19,790 nucleotides of DNA from Candidatus Asbonarchaeum danakilense (GCA_034190465.1 JAXINV010000036.1:28658-48447), one strand, 5' to 3'; counted from the stretch's first letter, positions 1 to 8,858 are shown. Notes: generated by a model from the letters alone, not told the origin. Numbers and translations: made by a program.

Positions 1-534
1 GGTAGCAAGTTGCAGGAGCATGCCGATCAGTGGCAGGACGCCGATACCTGCGACGAGGTAGCCGACGATCCGGTCCTGTTCTGAGACCTCACGTGCCTTC
101 AGACGGTAGCTGTCTGCCTGGTCCTCGGGTTCGATGACGACGGTGGAAGCCGCGATGTCGCCAGGGCGCTGGCTGTACGCTGTCGCTGTTGCAAGCCCGA
201 TGCCGACGAGGTACGCTGTCGCCAGCTCGCCCAGCCGCACGATGTTCCGAACTGCTGCCTGTTGGTAGCCGATCGGAGAGCCATCCCGGGTGACGACCTG
301 GAGCCCGAACCGCTGCTTGACAGGGGTGGTGCCGTCCCGCCCCTCAAAGTAGATGAAGTAGCCGACGTTGGCCAGACCGACGGCCGCTGCGATGAGCAGG
401 AGGCCGTCGAGGGGAAGATATTCTGTAAAGAGAACTGCAGGTAGTCCGCCGACCAGGAGTCCGATGAAACTTGCTATGAGATGGTCGACGACGACGAGTG
501 ACCGCGAGACCAGGGATGCTGGTTCAGCGTCCAT
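1..534 (-). CDS. RDD family membrane protein (3' end runs off the window)
   Basis: Not in the ORF track because it has no stop in the window. Hand translation from ATG at 534: MDAEPASLVSRSLVVVDHLIASF...YFIYFEGRDGTTPVKQRFGLQVVTRDGSPIGYQQAAVRNIVR...QRPGDIAASTVVI. This matches the RDD pattern (R..D, YF..FE...G.T..K...GL.VV..DG, RN..R, QR.GD..A.T.V). It starts 8 nt after the rps3ae stop. Confidence 0.85.
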   Translation of the reverse strand, partial: MDAEPASLVSRSLVVVDHLIASFIGLLVGGLPAVLFTEYLPLDGLLLIAAAVGLANVGYFIYFEGRDGTTPVKQRFGLQVVTRDGSPIGYQQAAVRNIVRLGELATAYLVGIGLATATAYSQRPGDIAASTVVIEPEDQADSYRLKAREVSEQDRIVGYLVAGIGVLPLIGMLLQLAT

Positions 535-542
535 GGGATCTC

Positions 543-1097
543 TTACTCAAGGATCTCGGTCTTCCGGATCTCGACCGTCCTGAGTGGGTAAATCTCCTTG
601 CATTCCTCGTTGACCTTTTTCTGAACCTCGTTCTGGAAGATGTCGCGCATGAAGTCGTCGGTGTTCTTTTTGGATGCATGGTCTGTGACCAGTTCCTCCA
701 TCCGCTTCCGGATATCGGTCTTAGCCGAGGAGTGCGTGTTCTTGATCGTGGTGCCGATCAGCTTGACGCGGACTGTCTGACCGTCCTTCGTCTCGACGTC
801 GACCACGTGGTCGATACGGTCCGTGCCGCGCTGCACCATCTTTGAGATGTATTCCTTCGAAGTGTCGTGGCCAACGAGCTCGGTCTTCGCCTTGTTCCCG
901 TCGACCGACTTGACCTGCAGGTAGACGTCCATGTAGTACTTGTCGGACGCCGGCATCAGGTCTTTCAGGTTGACTTTGACCGTCCGGTTGTCAACCTTGG
1001 CTGACTTGTCTGCCGGTGTTTCTGCGACTACCTCGTTGTCGAAGAGGTCTGGGGCGACGAGTTCGTACCAATCCTTCTGGATGACTGATTGTGCCAT
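543..1097 (-). CDS. rps3ae: 30S ribosomal protein S3Ae (eS1)
   Basis: KDWYELVAPDLF, NRTVKVNL.DL and IYPLRTVEIRKTEIL motifs; canonical position downstream of rps15 and the DHH gene. Confidence 0.95.
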   Translation of the reverse strand: MAQSVIQKDWYELVAPDLFDNEVVAETPADKSAKVDNRTVKVNLKDLMPASDKYYMDVYLQVKSVDGNKAKTELVGHDTSKEYISKMVQRGTDRIDHVVDVETKDGQTVRVKLIGTTIKNTHSSAKTDIRKRMEELVTDHASKKNTDDFMRDIFQNEVQKKVNEECKEIYPLRTVEIRKTEILE

Positions 1098-1118
1098 TGT
1101 TGACCACTCAGAGCCGTG

Positions 1119-2504
1119 TTAGAGGATTGTTTCCCCTGTCTGGACTGACTCTGTCAGACGTTCCTCCACGACGTTTATAAACCTTTCTCGGTTCTCGCGC
1201 GGGATCTTCCCTCCAGCCGCTGCCTGGTGGCCGCCGCCCTCCCCGCCGACCTCGGCGCAGACGTCCTCCATGAATGAGTTCACCGCGAAGTCGTCGCCGA
1301 TGACCTCGTCCGTCGCCCGGGCTGAGATCTTGAGATGATCTTCTTCCTTCTCCGCCAAACCCATGACGACAGGGCCTGACAGGATGTCCGACTTGATGCA
1401 TATAGTGGCGACCGTGCCGATCATATTCGCATGTATCTTGCTTCCCGCATCTATCAGCGTCCCGGGACCGATATCTTTAACCACCTCGCTGTTGTCGACG
1501 TTGTCTTCCACGAAGGAAAGGTAGCGCCCGATCTTCCGGCCGTAGGTCTGCTTCACCGTCCGGGCCAGGTCGAAGTCCCGTTCGAGGCAGATCTTCAGCC
1601 CGTCCTCAGGCCGCTCCAGACGCCCGCAGGCGTTCAGCAGCGAGGCGAACTCCCGGATCTCCCACCCGTTGTCCAGGATGTAGACATCGCCGAGCAGGTC
1701 CTCGATATCGCCGTAGCCCCGTGTGATCAGGCCGTGGACGATCTGCTTCTCCTCCTCGAAGGAGATATCCGCCAGCGACCGCCAGTCGCCGTCGTCCTTC
1801 AGCTCGAGGCCGATGCTGCGCAGGAACTGGACGGCGCCGGACTCGTTGTTCGTGATGCCCTGCAGGTACGGGTCGGTAGTGCGTGCCAGGGCGGTGGTCA
1901 GCTTCTTGCCTTGCCGGCCGAAGATCTTCAGGCCTTTCTTCACCTCGATCAGGTCGTGCTCTATGGCCTTGTCGACGAACTCCTGGTTCAGGCCGAGGTA
2001 TGTGTCGTCGTCTGTCTGGATGTCGCCTGTCGCGCCGATCAACGCGTACGGCAGCAGGTCGATGTTGTTCTCGTCCATCGCCTCGGCGACCAGGTATGTC
2101 ACGCCCGCTCCCGAGATCTGCTCGCCGCCGTCGATCCCGACCAGGTGCGGGTTGACGTGCGCCGCCAGTTCATCGCCCTCGTCCTGCGGTTCGTGGTGGT
2201 CCAGGACGGCGATCTGCCGGTCGTTGATGACGTCCCGGACGGTCTCCAGCTGGCCGCTGCCGATGTCGGTGAACAGGACGACGGGCTGCTCCCGGTCGAA
2301 CAGGTCCTCCTTGAGCTTGGCCTCGGTCAGTTCGTCGAGAAAGACGTGTTCGAACTCCTTGCCCGCCCGTTCGAGCATCTGATGGGCGATGATGGCGGAG
2401 GCGATGCCGTCGCAGTCGTAGTGGCTGAACAGGAGGATGGGTCCGTCTGTATCGTTCAGGAAGTTAGCTGCCTCTACGGCGAGTTCGTGCAGGTCGTCAT
2501 CCAT
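1119..2504 (-). CDS. RecJ/Cdc45-like DHH family nuclease (GAN-type)
   Basis: Intact DHH motifs SHYDCDG, FTDIGSG, LDHH, GATGD and DHHA1 GGGHQAAAG; lies between rps15 and rps3ae, the conserved site of archaeal GAN. Confidence 0.9.
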   Translation of the reverse strand: MDDDLHELAVEAANFLNDTDGPILLFSHYDCDGIASAIIAHQMLERAGKEFEHVFLDELTEAKLKEDLFDREQPVVLFTDIGSGQLETVRDVINDRQIAVLDHHEPQDEGDELAAHVNPHLVGIDGGEQISGAGVTYLVAEAMDENNIDLLPYALIGATGDIQTDDDTYLGLNQEFVDKAIEHDLIEVKKGLKIFGRQGKKLTTALARTTDPYLQGITNNESGAVQFLRSIGLELKDDGDWRSLADISFEEEKQIVHGLITRGYGDIEDLLGDVYILDNGWEIREFASLLNACGRLERPEDGLKICLERDFDLARTVKQTYGRKIGRYLSFVEDNVDNSEVVKDIGPGTLIDAGSKIHANMIGTVATICIKSDILSGPVVMGLAEKEEDHLKISARATDEVIGDDFAVNSFMEDVCAEVGGEGGGHQAAAGGKIPRENRERFINVVEERLTESVQTGETIL

Positions 2505-2521
2505 CGTGGGTCACGAGAAAG

Positions 2522-2971
2522 TCACTCGACCCGGAGACGTGCCTCGTCCAGGCTGTAGCTCCAGTCCTCGGGGAGCTCGTCGCCGCGGTAGTAGTCGGCG
2601 AGCCGCCTGATCTTGGACTCGGTCAGGTTCAGGTTCCGCCTGGCCTCGTCGTCCTTGCCGTGCTCCTGGAGGTGGTCGTTGATCGCGACGGCCTTCTCCA
2701 TTAGGTTGTACAGGTCCTCGGGGATCTCCCGGGCCTTGTCCTGCTCCTCCAGGATGTCGGTGATGCTCTGCCCGGTGATCTCCTTGACATCAGGCACGCC
2801 GTACCGGTCACGGAGCTTCCGTCCGATCTCGGATGCCCTGAAGCCCTGATCTGCGAGCTTTTCCACGAGCTGTCTGATCTCGTCTTCGTCGTAGACGACC
2901 CAGCTCGTGTCAGGGTTTCTGGGCTTTGTCGAACCTGAGCTTCCGCGTCGTGCTGAATGCATCCGTGCCAT
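2522..2971 (-). CDS. rps15: 30S ribosomal protein S15 (uS15/S13e)
   Basis: MARMHSARRGSSGS.KP, SEIG..LRD.YGVPDVK, IPEDLYNL, ESKIRRLADYY. Start placed at ATG 2971, preceded by SD GGTGA with 5-nt spacing. Confidence 0.97.
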   Translation of the reverse strand: MARMHSARRGSSGSTKPRNPDTSWVVYDEDEIRQLVEKLADQGFRASEIGRKLRDRYGVPDVKEITGQSITDILEEQDKAREIPEDLYNLMEKAVAINDHLQEHGKDDEARRNLNLTESKIRRLADYYRGDELPEDWSYSLDEARLRVE

Positions 2972-3015
2972 CTGTATCACCGGGTAGTCGGGTCTACGGA
3001 CTGTTGCTGCCGAAG

Positions 3016-3024
3016 TTTTATATA
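3016..3024 (-). promoter_or_regulatory. TATA box for the rps15-DHH-rps3ae-RDD unit
   Basis: TATATAAAA on the minus strand, in the only AT-rich stretch of the bud32-rps15 gap. Confidence 0.6.
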
Positions 3025-3036
3025 TGCTTCCGGGGG

Positions 3037-3618
3037 TCAGCCCTTGTACCGGCCGCGGGACGCTACCTCTTCGAGCCGCTCGAGCACCGATGCTCCGTCC
3101 TCGTACTGGTCCTGGTAGGCTTTCAGGATGGTGTCGAACGCTTCATCAGCCACAGCGGTGTGCGTCGATTCCAAGACCTGCCGCAGCAGCTGCAGATCGG
3201 TCGCCCGGTCCTCGACGCGCTGGGAGAAGAAGCCGAGCCCGAAGTCGATGAAGTACAGCTTGTCGCCGTCGAGCAGCATGTTCGATGTGGTTAGGTCGCC
3301 GTGGATGATGTCGCGGCCGTGCAGCCGCCCGATATCCTGCCCTATCCGGGGCCAGTCTTCCTCTCGCTCCTCGAAGATGTCGCGGAGCTTGGTGCCGTCG
3401 ATGAACGACATGGTGATCGTGTAGGTGTCCTTGTCGTGGACCTCGGGCACGCTGACACCTGCCTGCCGCGCCTTCTCCAGCAGCCGGGCCTCCTGTTCCG
3501 TCCGTTCCTGCCGCAGCGCGGTGTCGATCTGTGGGTGCCTGTAACCCTTGCTGATCCTTTCCTTGATCAGTCTGTCGCCCTCTCGGCGGAGAACGGCTTC
3601 TGCGCCTCGGTCGATCAT
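3037..3618 (-). CDS. bud32: KEOPS kinase/ATPase Bud32
   Basis: Start at ATG 3618 (MIDRGAEA), in a TGATG overlap with the upstream stop. Motifs GAEA, K.R..KGYRHP.ID, HGDLTTSN, IDFGL, ED.A.DL and C-terminal RGRY. Confidence 0.95.
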   Translation of the reverse strand: MIDRGAEAVLRREGDRLIKERISKGYRHPQIDTALRQERTEQEARLLEKARQAGVSVPEVHDKDTYTITMSFIDGTKLRDIFEEREEDWPRIGQDIGRLHGRDIIHGDLTTSNMLLDGDKLYFIDFGLGFFSQRVEDRATDLQLLRQVLESTHTAVADEAFDTILKAYQDQYEDGASVLERLEEVASRGRYKG

Positions 3619-5381
3619 CAGGAGTCCTCTTCCGCGATGTCTTTCCGGAAGTGTTTGAGGAAGGTGGGGCCGTACTCCAGCAGGACAAGGTCCTCTTCGC
3701 GGGACTCCAGGTACGCGAGTTCGTCCTCCCGTGCCTGCTGCAGTCCTTCGCTGTCGTTGATGTAGTCGATGATGTACTCGGAGGTTCGCTCGGCGGCCAG
3801 GAACTCGGGGAAGATGACGTAGTCGGCACCCAGGTTGTACAGCTCCAGTGCATCGTCGATGTCTTCGGCCCGGACGATGACTGGGAGATCCCAGTCCTTG
3901 GCGGCCTCGATGCACCGGATGTTGGCGTTCTGCATGGGCACGGTGGAAACGATCATGCGTGCGTCGTCGATGTGGAGGTCTTCGAAGTCGATGCTCTTGA
4001 TGTCGCCGTAGTAGGTCGCTGTCCCGGCTTCGCCGAGCCGACTGACGATTTCGACGTTGTAGTCAACGACGAGGACCTCGTGTCCGTGCTCTTGCAGGTG
4101 TTCGAGTACCTCCTGTCCCTGGACGTGGCATCCGACAAGGAGGATGTGGTCGGAGATGTCGTCGGGGATGTTGCTGTACTCCTGCATCTCTGTCGGTGTG
4201 ATGATCTTCCTGATGTCGATCAGGCTGTCGGAGAACAGCTCGTACATCCTGCGATGGTTCTTGTAGCTGTAGGAGGAGATGGTGATCGTGGTGATCGCGA
4301 TGCCGAGACAGAGGGCGAAGACGGTCTCGGAGATTGCCCCGACCATGAAGCCCTCCAGCAGGATGAAGAGGGAGAACTCGCTGACCTGGCCCAGGCCGAG
4401 CCCGGTGAGGAATGAGGTGCGCTGCCCGTACCCGTAGAAGCTCATCATCAGGTAGGTGAGGAACGGCTTTACCAGGATGACGAGGCCGGTGAACAGGAGG
4501 AAGGCGGCGAGGACGTCACCTATCAGCGGGAAGTTGACGAGGGCGCCGATTGAGACGAAGAAGACTGTGCCGAAGAAGTCACGCAGGGATTTGACCGAGT
4601 TCTTGACCTCGATACCGTACGGGAACTTTGTGAGGCTGATCCCGCCGGTGAACGCGCCGACGGCTAGTGGAAGGTTCGAAACGCTCGACAAGCCGAGGAA
4701 CAGGAATACTGTCGTCAACGCGGCGAAGATTGTCTGTTCGACGGACGGTTCCAGGTTGTTGAAGATCGTGAGGGTCACGTACCGGCTCGCAACAATGGCG
4801 ATGGAGAAGATACCGAGCGCGCTGATGATGGCTGAGAACAGGGGCTGGAGACCGCCACCGAGATTGGCGAGGCTGGAGATGGCGATGATTGCGAGGATGT
4901 CCTCGATGAGCAGGATGCTGACGATGAGCTTGCCGTGCAGGGTGTTGAGCTCGAATTTTTTCTCCAGTATATTGAGGACCTCCATGGTGGAGGAGAATGA
5001 GACGAACAACGCGATGTAGATGGCTGCGGTGCTGTTGAAACCGAGCCCATAGGCCAGCAGGAAAGCGACGATACCGACGATAACGGTGTGGCTGGCGCCG
5101 GCTGTGAAGATGGCCTTGCCGAGGCTCCGCAGCTCTTCGATGTCGGTCTCAAGCCCGGCGGTGAATAACAGGAAGATGATACCGAGCTCCGCCATGGTGA
5201 TGATGTCCGCACTGTTCTGGAGTAGACCGAGCACGTTCGGGCCGAGAAATATCCCTGCGACGATGTAAAGCGGGATGCTGGGCTGGTCAAGCTTCTTCCC
5301 GATGTACAGTAGCACCCCTGCGGCAATGAAGACGGCTGCAAGATTATGCAATAGTGATGTAACTGCGCCTGCTGCACTCAC
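3618..5381 (-). CDS. Kef-type cation:proton antiporter (CPA2) with C-terminal RCK/TrkA-N domain
   Basis: Many TM helices; LGIIFLLFTAGLE, SFSST, LLIEDI, LRDFF..VFFVSIG, LGQVSEFS; RCK domain HILLVG...VVDYN...YGD...LYNLGADYVIFPE. Confidence 0.92.
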   Translation of the reverse strand: MSAAGAVTSLLHNLAAVFIAAGVLLYIGKKLDQPSIPLYIVAGIFLGPNVLGLLQNSADIITMAELGIIFLLFTAGLETDIEELRSLGKAIFTAGASHTVIVGIVAFLLAYGLGFNSTAAIYIALFVSFSSTMEVLNILEKKFELNTLHGKLIVSILLIEDILAIIAISSLANLGGGLQPLFSAIISALGIFSIAIVASRYVTLTIFNNLEPSVEQTIFAALTTVFLFLGLSSVSNLPLAVGAFTGGISLTKFPYGIEVKNSVKSLRDFFGTVFFVSIGALVNFPLIGDVLAAFLLFTGLVILVKPFLTYLMMSFYGYGQRTSFLTGLGLGQVSEFSLFILLEGFMVGAISETVFALCLGIAITTITISSYSYKNHRRMYELFSDSLIDIRKIITPTEMQEYSNIPDDISDHILLVGCHVQGQEVLEHLQEHGHEVLVVDYNVEIVSRLGEAGTATYYGDIKSIDFEDLHIDDARMIVSTVPMQNANIRCIEAAKDWDLPVIVRAEDIDDALELYNLGADYVIFPEFLAAERTSEYIIDYINDSEGLQQAREDELAYLESREEDLVLLEYGPTFLKHFRKDIAEEDS

Positions 5382-7099
5382 TGGTTCAGAACCTCGTAGA
5401 GCCGGCTTTTATTGACTTTTTCTTGCTGCAGTTTCTCGCGATGCTGCTCGCGGATGTCGTCGAGCGTTGACGGGTCGTCCATCGCATCGTCGATGAAACC
5501 GGCGACCTTCTGGGCGGAGAGCATGTCGGGGAAGATGACGTAGTCTGCGCCGTGATCGTACAGTTCCAGGGCGGTGTCGATGGATTCGGCTTTGACGACG
5601 CAGGGGACGTCATGTTTCTTCGCCTTGTTGATGATCAGCTTGGTGTCATCCACGCTGGGGATGGTGGAGACGATGAGTTTAGCCCGGTGCAGTTTGATGT
5701 CGTTCCGTGCCTTCAGGTCGCCGATGTCGCCGTATACCGCCTGATGCCCGTGTTCAAGCAGGTGTTCGATGATATGTGGGTTGTAGTCGACGACGAGTAC
5801 GTCCTCCCCTTCTTCTTCCAGGTTGTCGAGGATCTGGTGGCCCTGGACGTGGCTGCCGACAAGCACGACGTGCTCATCCATCGACTCAGGCCGGAAGGAA
5901 AGTTCGTTGATGTTGCTCGGTTCCAGACGTGTTATATGAGGTTCGAAAATATCGTAGAGCCGTTTGCTGTAGCTTATGAAGTAGCTGGATGTCCCGATCG
6001 TGATCAGGCCGGTCATTGTCATCAGGGCGATGGTCTCCGGGCCGATGTGGCCCAGCGATGCGCCCAGTCCGACGAGGATGAACGAGAACTCGGAGATCTG
6101 TGCCAGTGAGATGGCGGACATGAAGCTGGTCTGGACCGAGTAGCGCAGCCGGTTGAGGCTGACGAAGATCGTGACGAACTTGACCGCTATGACGAGCACG
6201 GAAAGCAGGAGCGCCGGGATGATAACAGCCTGCATCGCTCCCATGGTCAGCTGGAGGCCGAGTGATGCGAAGAAGAAGGCGACGAACACGTCGGTCAAGG
6301 GCCGGACCCGTTCTTTGAGCTCCTGATTGTAGGGGAGCTGCGCCAGGCTGAGTCCGGCGAGGAAGCCGCCGATCTCCAGGGACAGCGACGCCGCCTCGGA
6401 AAGGGTGATCAAGACCATGAACCAGCCGATGCTGGCGACAAGGAAGGATTCCTCGGATTCGGCGAAGACGCTGAACATCCGCGGAAGCACGTACCGTGCA
6501 GCGATCAATGTTCCTCCTACTATCGCGATGCCGAGGCCTGTCGTCTCGAGGAGCCGGAGACTGGTTGTCCGGAATCCGAGCCCGATGTTCGGGCCGAGGG
6601 TCGAGAGGGCGGCAAGGATGAAGATGACGGCAATGTCTTGGACCAGCAGGACGCTGACATTGATCCGGCTGTACAGCTTGTCCATCTCCTCTTGCTCCTC
6701 CAGTATTTTGACAACGACGACGGTCGAGGAGAACGTCACTGCTATGGCGACGTAGATGGCGTCGAGCAGCCCCATCCCGAACCACCAGGCGATGAGATAG
6801 GTCAGTGCCCCTGTAGCGATCATCTGGGCGGCGGCGACGATGAAACCAGTCCTGCCGATGTCCCGCAGCTCGCTGAGGTCGATCCTGAGCCCGACGAGGA
6901 ACAGGAGGAAGGAGACACCGAGCTTGGACAGTGTCTCGATGAAGAGATGGTTCTCGATCGCCCCGAGCACGGGCCCGAGCACGATACCGGCGATGATATA
7001 GGACAGCACGTTCGGCTGACCGATCCAGCTGCCGACGACGGTGAAAACGGTGACTGTGGCGATGAGGATACCGAGATCGAGCATCAACGGTTCAGTCAT
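5378..7099 (-). CDS. Kef-type cation:proton antiporter (CPA2) with RCK/TrkA-N domain, paralog
   Basis: LGVSFLLFLVGL, FSSTVVVVK, LLVQDI, FFASLG, LAQISEFSF; RCK domain with GADYVIFP. SD GAGGTGA 6 nt before the ATG. Confidence 0.92.
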   Translation of the reverse strand: MTEPLMLDLGILIATVTVFTVVGSWIGQPNVLSYIIAGIVLGPVLGAIENHLFIETLSKLGVSFLLFLVGLRIDLSELRDIGRTGFIVAAAQMIATGALTYLIAWWFGMGLLDAIYVAIAVTFSSTVVVVKILEEQEEMDKLYSRINVSVLLVQDIAVIFILAALSTLGPNIGLGFRTTSLRLLETTGLGIAIVGGTLIAARYVLPRMFSVFAESEESFLVASIGWFMVLITLSEAASLSLEIGGFLAGLSLAQLPYNQELKERVRPLTDVFVAFFFASLGLQLTMGAMQAVIIPALLLSVLVIAVKFVTIFVSLNRLRYSVQTSFMSAISLAQISEFSFILVGLGASLGHIGPETIALMTMTGLITIGTSSYFISYSKRLYDIFEPHITRLEPSNINELSFRPESMDEHVVLVGSHVQGHQILDNLEEEGEDVLVVDYNPHIIEHLLEHGHQAVYGDIGDLKARNDIKLHRAKLIVSTIPSVDDTKLIINKAKKHDVPCVVKAESIDTALELYDHGADYVIFPDMLSAQKVAGFIDDAMDDPSTLDDIREQHREKLQQEKVNKSRLYEVLNQ

Positions 7100-7685
7100 C
7101 GTCTATCACCTCTCTGAGTTCGTCCCCGTCGATGGGGCCTTCCCGTACGATGTGTAGCTCGCCGTCCGTCACCTCGACGATCGTGGACGACGGCCGTTCT
7201 TCCAGCCGTCCGCCGTCGAGGATGACATCGATGTGCTCTATTACCGCCGGATCGATCTCGTCGACGCTGTATGAGGCTGGCTGGCCGGAGAGGTTTGCGC
7301 TGGTGGCGACGACAGGCCTTTTAAGGCCTGAAGCGAGGTTGCGGCAGAGCTCGCTTGCGGGGACACGGAATGCGAACCGGTCGTTCAGGACGCCCGGGAC
7401 ATTGTCGTTCTTGGCCGCGAGGAGCGTCAGCGGTCCCGGCATGAACCGTTCGCAGAGCCGCTGCTCCAGGGAAGAGAGAGTGCAGTACCGTTCCGCCATC
7501 CCGAGGCTGTCGACGATGACGGTTAGCGGCTTGTCCTGCGGTCGCTGCTTGATCTCGTATATCTCTTTGATCGCTTTTTCGTCCAGCGCGTCACATCCGA
7601 TGCCGTAGCAGGTCTCGGTCGGGTAGATGACTGTCCCGCCGCTCCGCAGTGCTTCGACGGCTTCGTCGATTTGTTCCTGGTTCAT
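7092..7685 (-). CDS. tsaC: L-threonylcarbamoyladenylate synthase, short TsaC/YrdC type (no SUA5 C-terminal domain)
   Basis: Start at ATG 7685 (MNQEQIDEAVEAL), in an ATGA overlap with the kae1 stop. Motifs IYPTETCYGIGC, IK.RP..KPL, PGPLT, ATSANLSG, SSTIV, REGPI; 197 aa. Confidence 0.93.
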   Translation of the reverse strand: MNQEQIDEAVEALRSGGTVIYPTETCYGIGCDALDEKAIKEIYEIKQRPQDKPLTVIVDSLGMAERYCTLSSLEQRLCERFMPGPLTLLAAKNDNVPGVLNDRFAFRVPASELCRNLASGLKRPVVATSANLSGQPASYSVDEIDPAVIEHIDVILDGGRLEERPSSTIVEVTDGELHIVREGPIDGDELREVIDDD

Positions 7686-8659
7686 GCCTCCCATGTCACC
7701 TCGTCCTCGTCGGTGCGCCAGTCCGGACGGACGCCGGAGTCCTGGAGCGGTGTTGTGCCGCCTGCCTGATACTTGAGCTGGCCGGCGTACGCGATCATGG
7801 CGCCGTTGTCCATGCAGTATTCGTGCGGTACCTTGTACGCTGCCCCGCCACGCTCCTCCGCCATGGTGTCGAGCATCTCCTGCAGTCGCTCGTTGGCGGC
7901 TACACCGCCTGTCAGCAGGACCTCTTCCCGTTCCAGGTGCGCCATGGCTCGTTCGGTGGCCTCGACCAGCATGGCGAACGCGTACTCCTGGAACGAGTAA
8001 CACAGGTCCTCTTCGGCGTGGTCGCCGACCATGCCCTTGGTCTCGGTGACGAGACCGGAGAAGGAGAAGTCCATGCCCTTGACGACGTACGGAAGCTCGA
8101 TGAGGTTGTCTGACTGTGATGCCAGCCGCTCGACCTCGGGACCGCCGGGATGCGGGATGCCGAGCTCTCTGGCGAATTTGTCGATGGCGTTCCCGATGGC
8201 GATGTCCTGTGTCTCGCCGAAGACGCGGTATCTGCCGGCTGCACGGGCGATGACCTGTGAGTTGCCCCCGGAGACGTACAAGGTGACCGGGTCGTTGGCG
8301 TCGGTGGTCAGTTTCCCGATCTCGATGTGGGCGATCGGGTGGTTGACGCCGACCAGCGGGACGTCGAGCCGCTGGGCCATGCTCCGCGCCACGACACCGC
8401 CGATCTGCAGGCACTGCGGGATGCCGGGTCCCTGAGAGAAGGCGATGGCGTCGATGCCGTCCCTGTCGATGCCTGCCTGAGAGATAGCGTTGTCGACGAC
8501 GTTCTTCGCCCGAGAGTAGTGGTGCTCGGATGCCTTACGCGGATGGATGCCGCCCTCGTCCGGTTCGTAGGCGGACCGCGCGTTGGCGAGGATGTCGCTG
8601 TCTTCGACGATGCCGACGCCGAAGGTGTGCGCGGTGGACTCTATCCCGAGGATGGTCAT
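7682..8659 (-). CDS. kae1: KEOPS tRNA N6-threonylcarbamoyltransferase Kae1
   Basis: ILGIESTAHTFG, GGIHP, AFSQGPG, metal-binding NHPIAHIE, YVSGGNSQ, GET.DIAIGN..DKFAR, DNGAMIA. Confidence 0.97.
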   Translation of the reverse strand: MTILGIESTAHTFGVGIVEDSDILANARSAYEPDEGGIHPRKASEHHYSRAKNVVDNAISQAGIDRDGIDAIAFSQGPGIPQCLQIGGVVARSMAQRLDVPLVGVNHPIAHIEIGKLTTDANDPVTLYVSGGNSQVIARAAGRYRVFGETQDIAIGNAIDKFARELGIPHPGGPEVERLASQSDNLIELPYVVKGMDFSFSGLVTETKGMVGDHAEEDLCYSFQEYAFAMLVEATERAMAHLEREEVLLTGGVAANERLQEMLDTMAEERGGAAYKVPHEYCMDNGAMIAYAGQLKYQAGGTTPLQDSGVRPDWRTDEDEVTWEA

Positions 8660-8683
8660 AGGTTAGAACAAGGCGCTGCAGGG

Positions 8684-8690
8684 TTTTCAA
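8684..8690 (-). promoter_or_regulatory. Possible weak TATA box for a leaderless kae1 operon transcript
   Basis: TTGAAAA about 25 nt upstream of the kae1 ATG, which has no SD sequence. Confidence 0.35.
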
Positions 8691-8705
8691 TGTACCGTGC
8701 CGCGG

Positions 8706-8858
8706 TCACTTCTGGATCTTGGTGTACCCACAGTTGCCGCAGCTCTCACGGCTGTCGTGCTGGGCGAGCAGCGATCTGCACTTCGGACACTTCTTGCCGT
8801 CGAGCTCTCCGTCGTCGCTGTACTTCTCCCAGCGTTTCACGTCAGCGTGCTTTCCCAT
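8706..8858 (-). CDS. rps27ae: 30S ribosomal protein S27ae (eS31)
   Basis: Below the ORF-track cutoff. Hand translation MGKHADVKRWEKYSDDGELDGKKCPKCRSLLAQHDSRESCGNCGYTKIQK shows a CPKC...LA.H..R..CG.CGYT zinc ribbon. It directly follows rps24e and has SD GGTGA. Confidence 0.93.
   Translation of the reverse strand: MGKHADVKRWEKYSDDGELDGKKCPKCRSLLAQHDSRESCGNCGYTKIQK

Noticed and set aside
1431..2558. Long plus-strand ORFs antisense to core genes (1431-2558, 3651-4415, 8327-9208, 9684-10574, 18098-18835 and others)
   Set aside because: Shadow ORFs expected from high-GC codon bias; no recognisable motifs, and each lies opposite a clearly conserved gene.
3037..3915. Apparent N-terminally extended Bud32
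   Set aside because: The extension overlaps the Kef gene in another frame; Bud32 homology starts at ATG 3618.
7092..8414. Apparent 440-aa Sua5 with a long N-terminal extension or a Kae1-TsaC fusion
   Set aside because: The Arg/Pro-rich extension is an alternative frame of kae1; the real start is ATG 7685, overlapping the kae1 stop.
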